This document shows, in pieces, positions 62,744-64,000 of a stretch of DNA of 64,000 nt (its first letter is position 1; every line of letters starts with the position of its first letter). The stretch comes from Amoebophrya sp. A120 (Eukaryota; Protista; Dinoflagellata): the NCBI GenBank assembly GCA_905178155.1, contig CAJINV010000002.1:11844591-11908590 (forward strand), read 5' to 3'. The notes beneath the pieces were generated by a model that ran no database searches, had not been told where the DNA came from, and was given only the letters and a program-made list of their open reading frames with translations. The translations under genes were made by a program, and so were the position numbers.

Positions 62744-64000
62744 GATAGCTGCTGAAAAAGAAATTCAAACGTGATTTGACGGAAGGACGAAGCCTTTTAA
62801 GTTTCCTACGAGGGTGAGGACGGACCCAAGGCCAATGCAAATGCTAACTCATTCGCAACGTCGCGGTCGCTCGCGTTGTCCTTGCGTCAGACAGCCCAGA
62901 ACTGTAGCATGTCTTGCTGCATTTTCCGTGCCAGATACGTACACGTTTTGGGCTGTAAGGGTAGGGCGGTTGAATTCAAATTAATAAGAAGTCTAGATAG
63001 TATGTTACATAGTAATGAGATCGCGCCATGTCTGTATGTTTCACTTTTATCTTCTGGGCGTGCAACGAGAACAATGACAATCTTTGCGCTTCCGATTTTT
63101 GTTGTCAAAATAAGCCATTCCCATTTTCGAAAAAAGTGAAACTAAGCAACAAAATATAACATAGATTGGTAAGAATAAGAGAAGAAAATCAAAGCGTCAC
63201 AATGCTGGCCACGGTGCCGTTGCCTTCGTTGTGTCCGCACCGTCTGAATAAGGCTGAGCATGAGTCTGCAATCGGGTGTCGTAGGGTCGCAGTCCTCATG
63301 TTCCGTGTCAGGAGGTGGGTCATGTTCACCGTGAAATTTCCCGTCACTACCATCAAAATTCTCTGTACCATGCTGCACTTTGATGTCGAGGCACCTGCTC
63401 TTCTTGTTTTCTTGCCGTCAGCGCGCTTTTTGGTTTGTCATGTCAGTTTCATTCCGCTTCTTTGTGTTTTCTGATCTAGTTGTTGCTCCTCAGACTTTCT
63501 GCTATGCAGGAAATACGCTGAAGATTTCCACTTGTAGTAGAGTCCACGTGCGCGACAGCTAATTTGGAGATCGAATAATCTGATCCATTGTCTCGGTCCA
63601 TCTTGTTGGTCGTGTCGTTTTTTATTTTTGTTTTACTCGAACTTCGTTCGTCATCGTCTCGTCTCAGTCGGGGTATCAAGGTTGCTTTCCAATAAATCGC
63701 CCTCGGAACCTGGGAGCAAGAGCATCTTTTTGCTCCGTTGAGGAATACTTTACTTACATATTCGTCTTCAAAAATCCAAATGGTTTTCTTGGGTACAGAG
63801 TACTGTGGTGGGTCTTCAAGGCCTGTTGTCTTCGGCAGGTTGCTCGATTTTCCCACTGCTGCTTCCGTAGACTGTGACGTTTCTGCTGCAGACGCGGCAA
63901 CATCACTGGACGAAGTGAGACCAAGGATGCCCCGGAAATGGAAAAGCCACTGCGTACTGAATAAAGGTGGATCCCTGGCTAGAAATGCGGCTTCAGCCGA

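Overview
Eukaryotic, intron-rich genomic DNA. The ApiAP2-like domain and the repeat-bounded non-canonical introns suggest an alveolate, most likely an Amoebophrya-like (Syndiniales) parasite; this is inference. The window holds a full-length but inactivated Ty1/copia LTR retrotransposon (132-7421, minus strand). It is followed by mostly plus-strand genes: a GNAT acetyltransferase, an AP2-domain protein, eIF3e, a WD40 protein, a P2X-like channel with an EF-hand, a very large eIF4G, a cytochrome b5/acyl-CoA dehydrogenase fusion, UBC13, a METTL18/Hpm1-like methyltransferase, a SMYD-like SET protein and hypothetical proteins. The main signal is a set of intron-generating miniature DNA transposons (introners). 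There are six clear copies of two related families plus one eroded copy. The clear copies have terminal inverted repeats of about 30 bp beginning TATC and 5-bp target-site duplications (TSDs). All sit inside coding exons, and both families occur in both orientations. Exact removal of the element plus one TSD restores the reading frame, and the conserved protein where one is recognisable, yet no such junction is GT-AG. A PIF/Harbinger-like non-autonomous element with a 101-bp tandem array lies in an eIF4G intron, and a perfect 22-bp hairpin lies in the P2X intron. Exon boundaries were worked out by eye and need RNA-seq confirmation.
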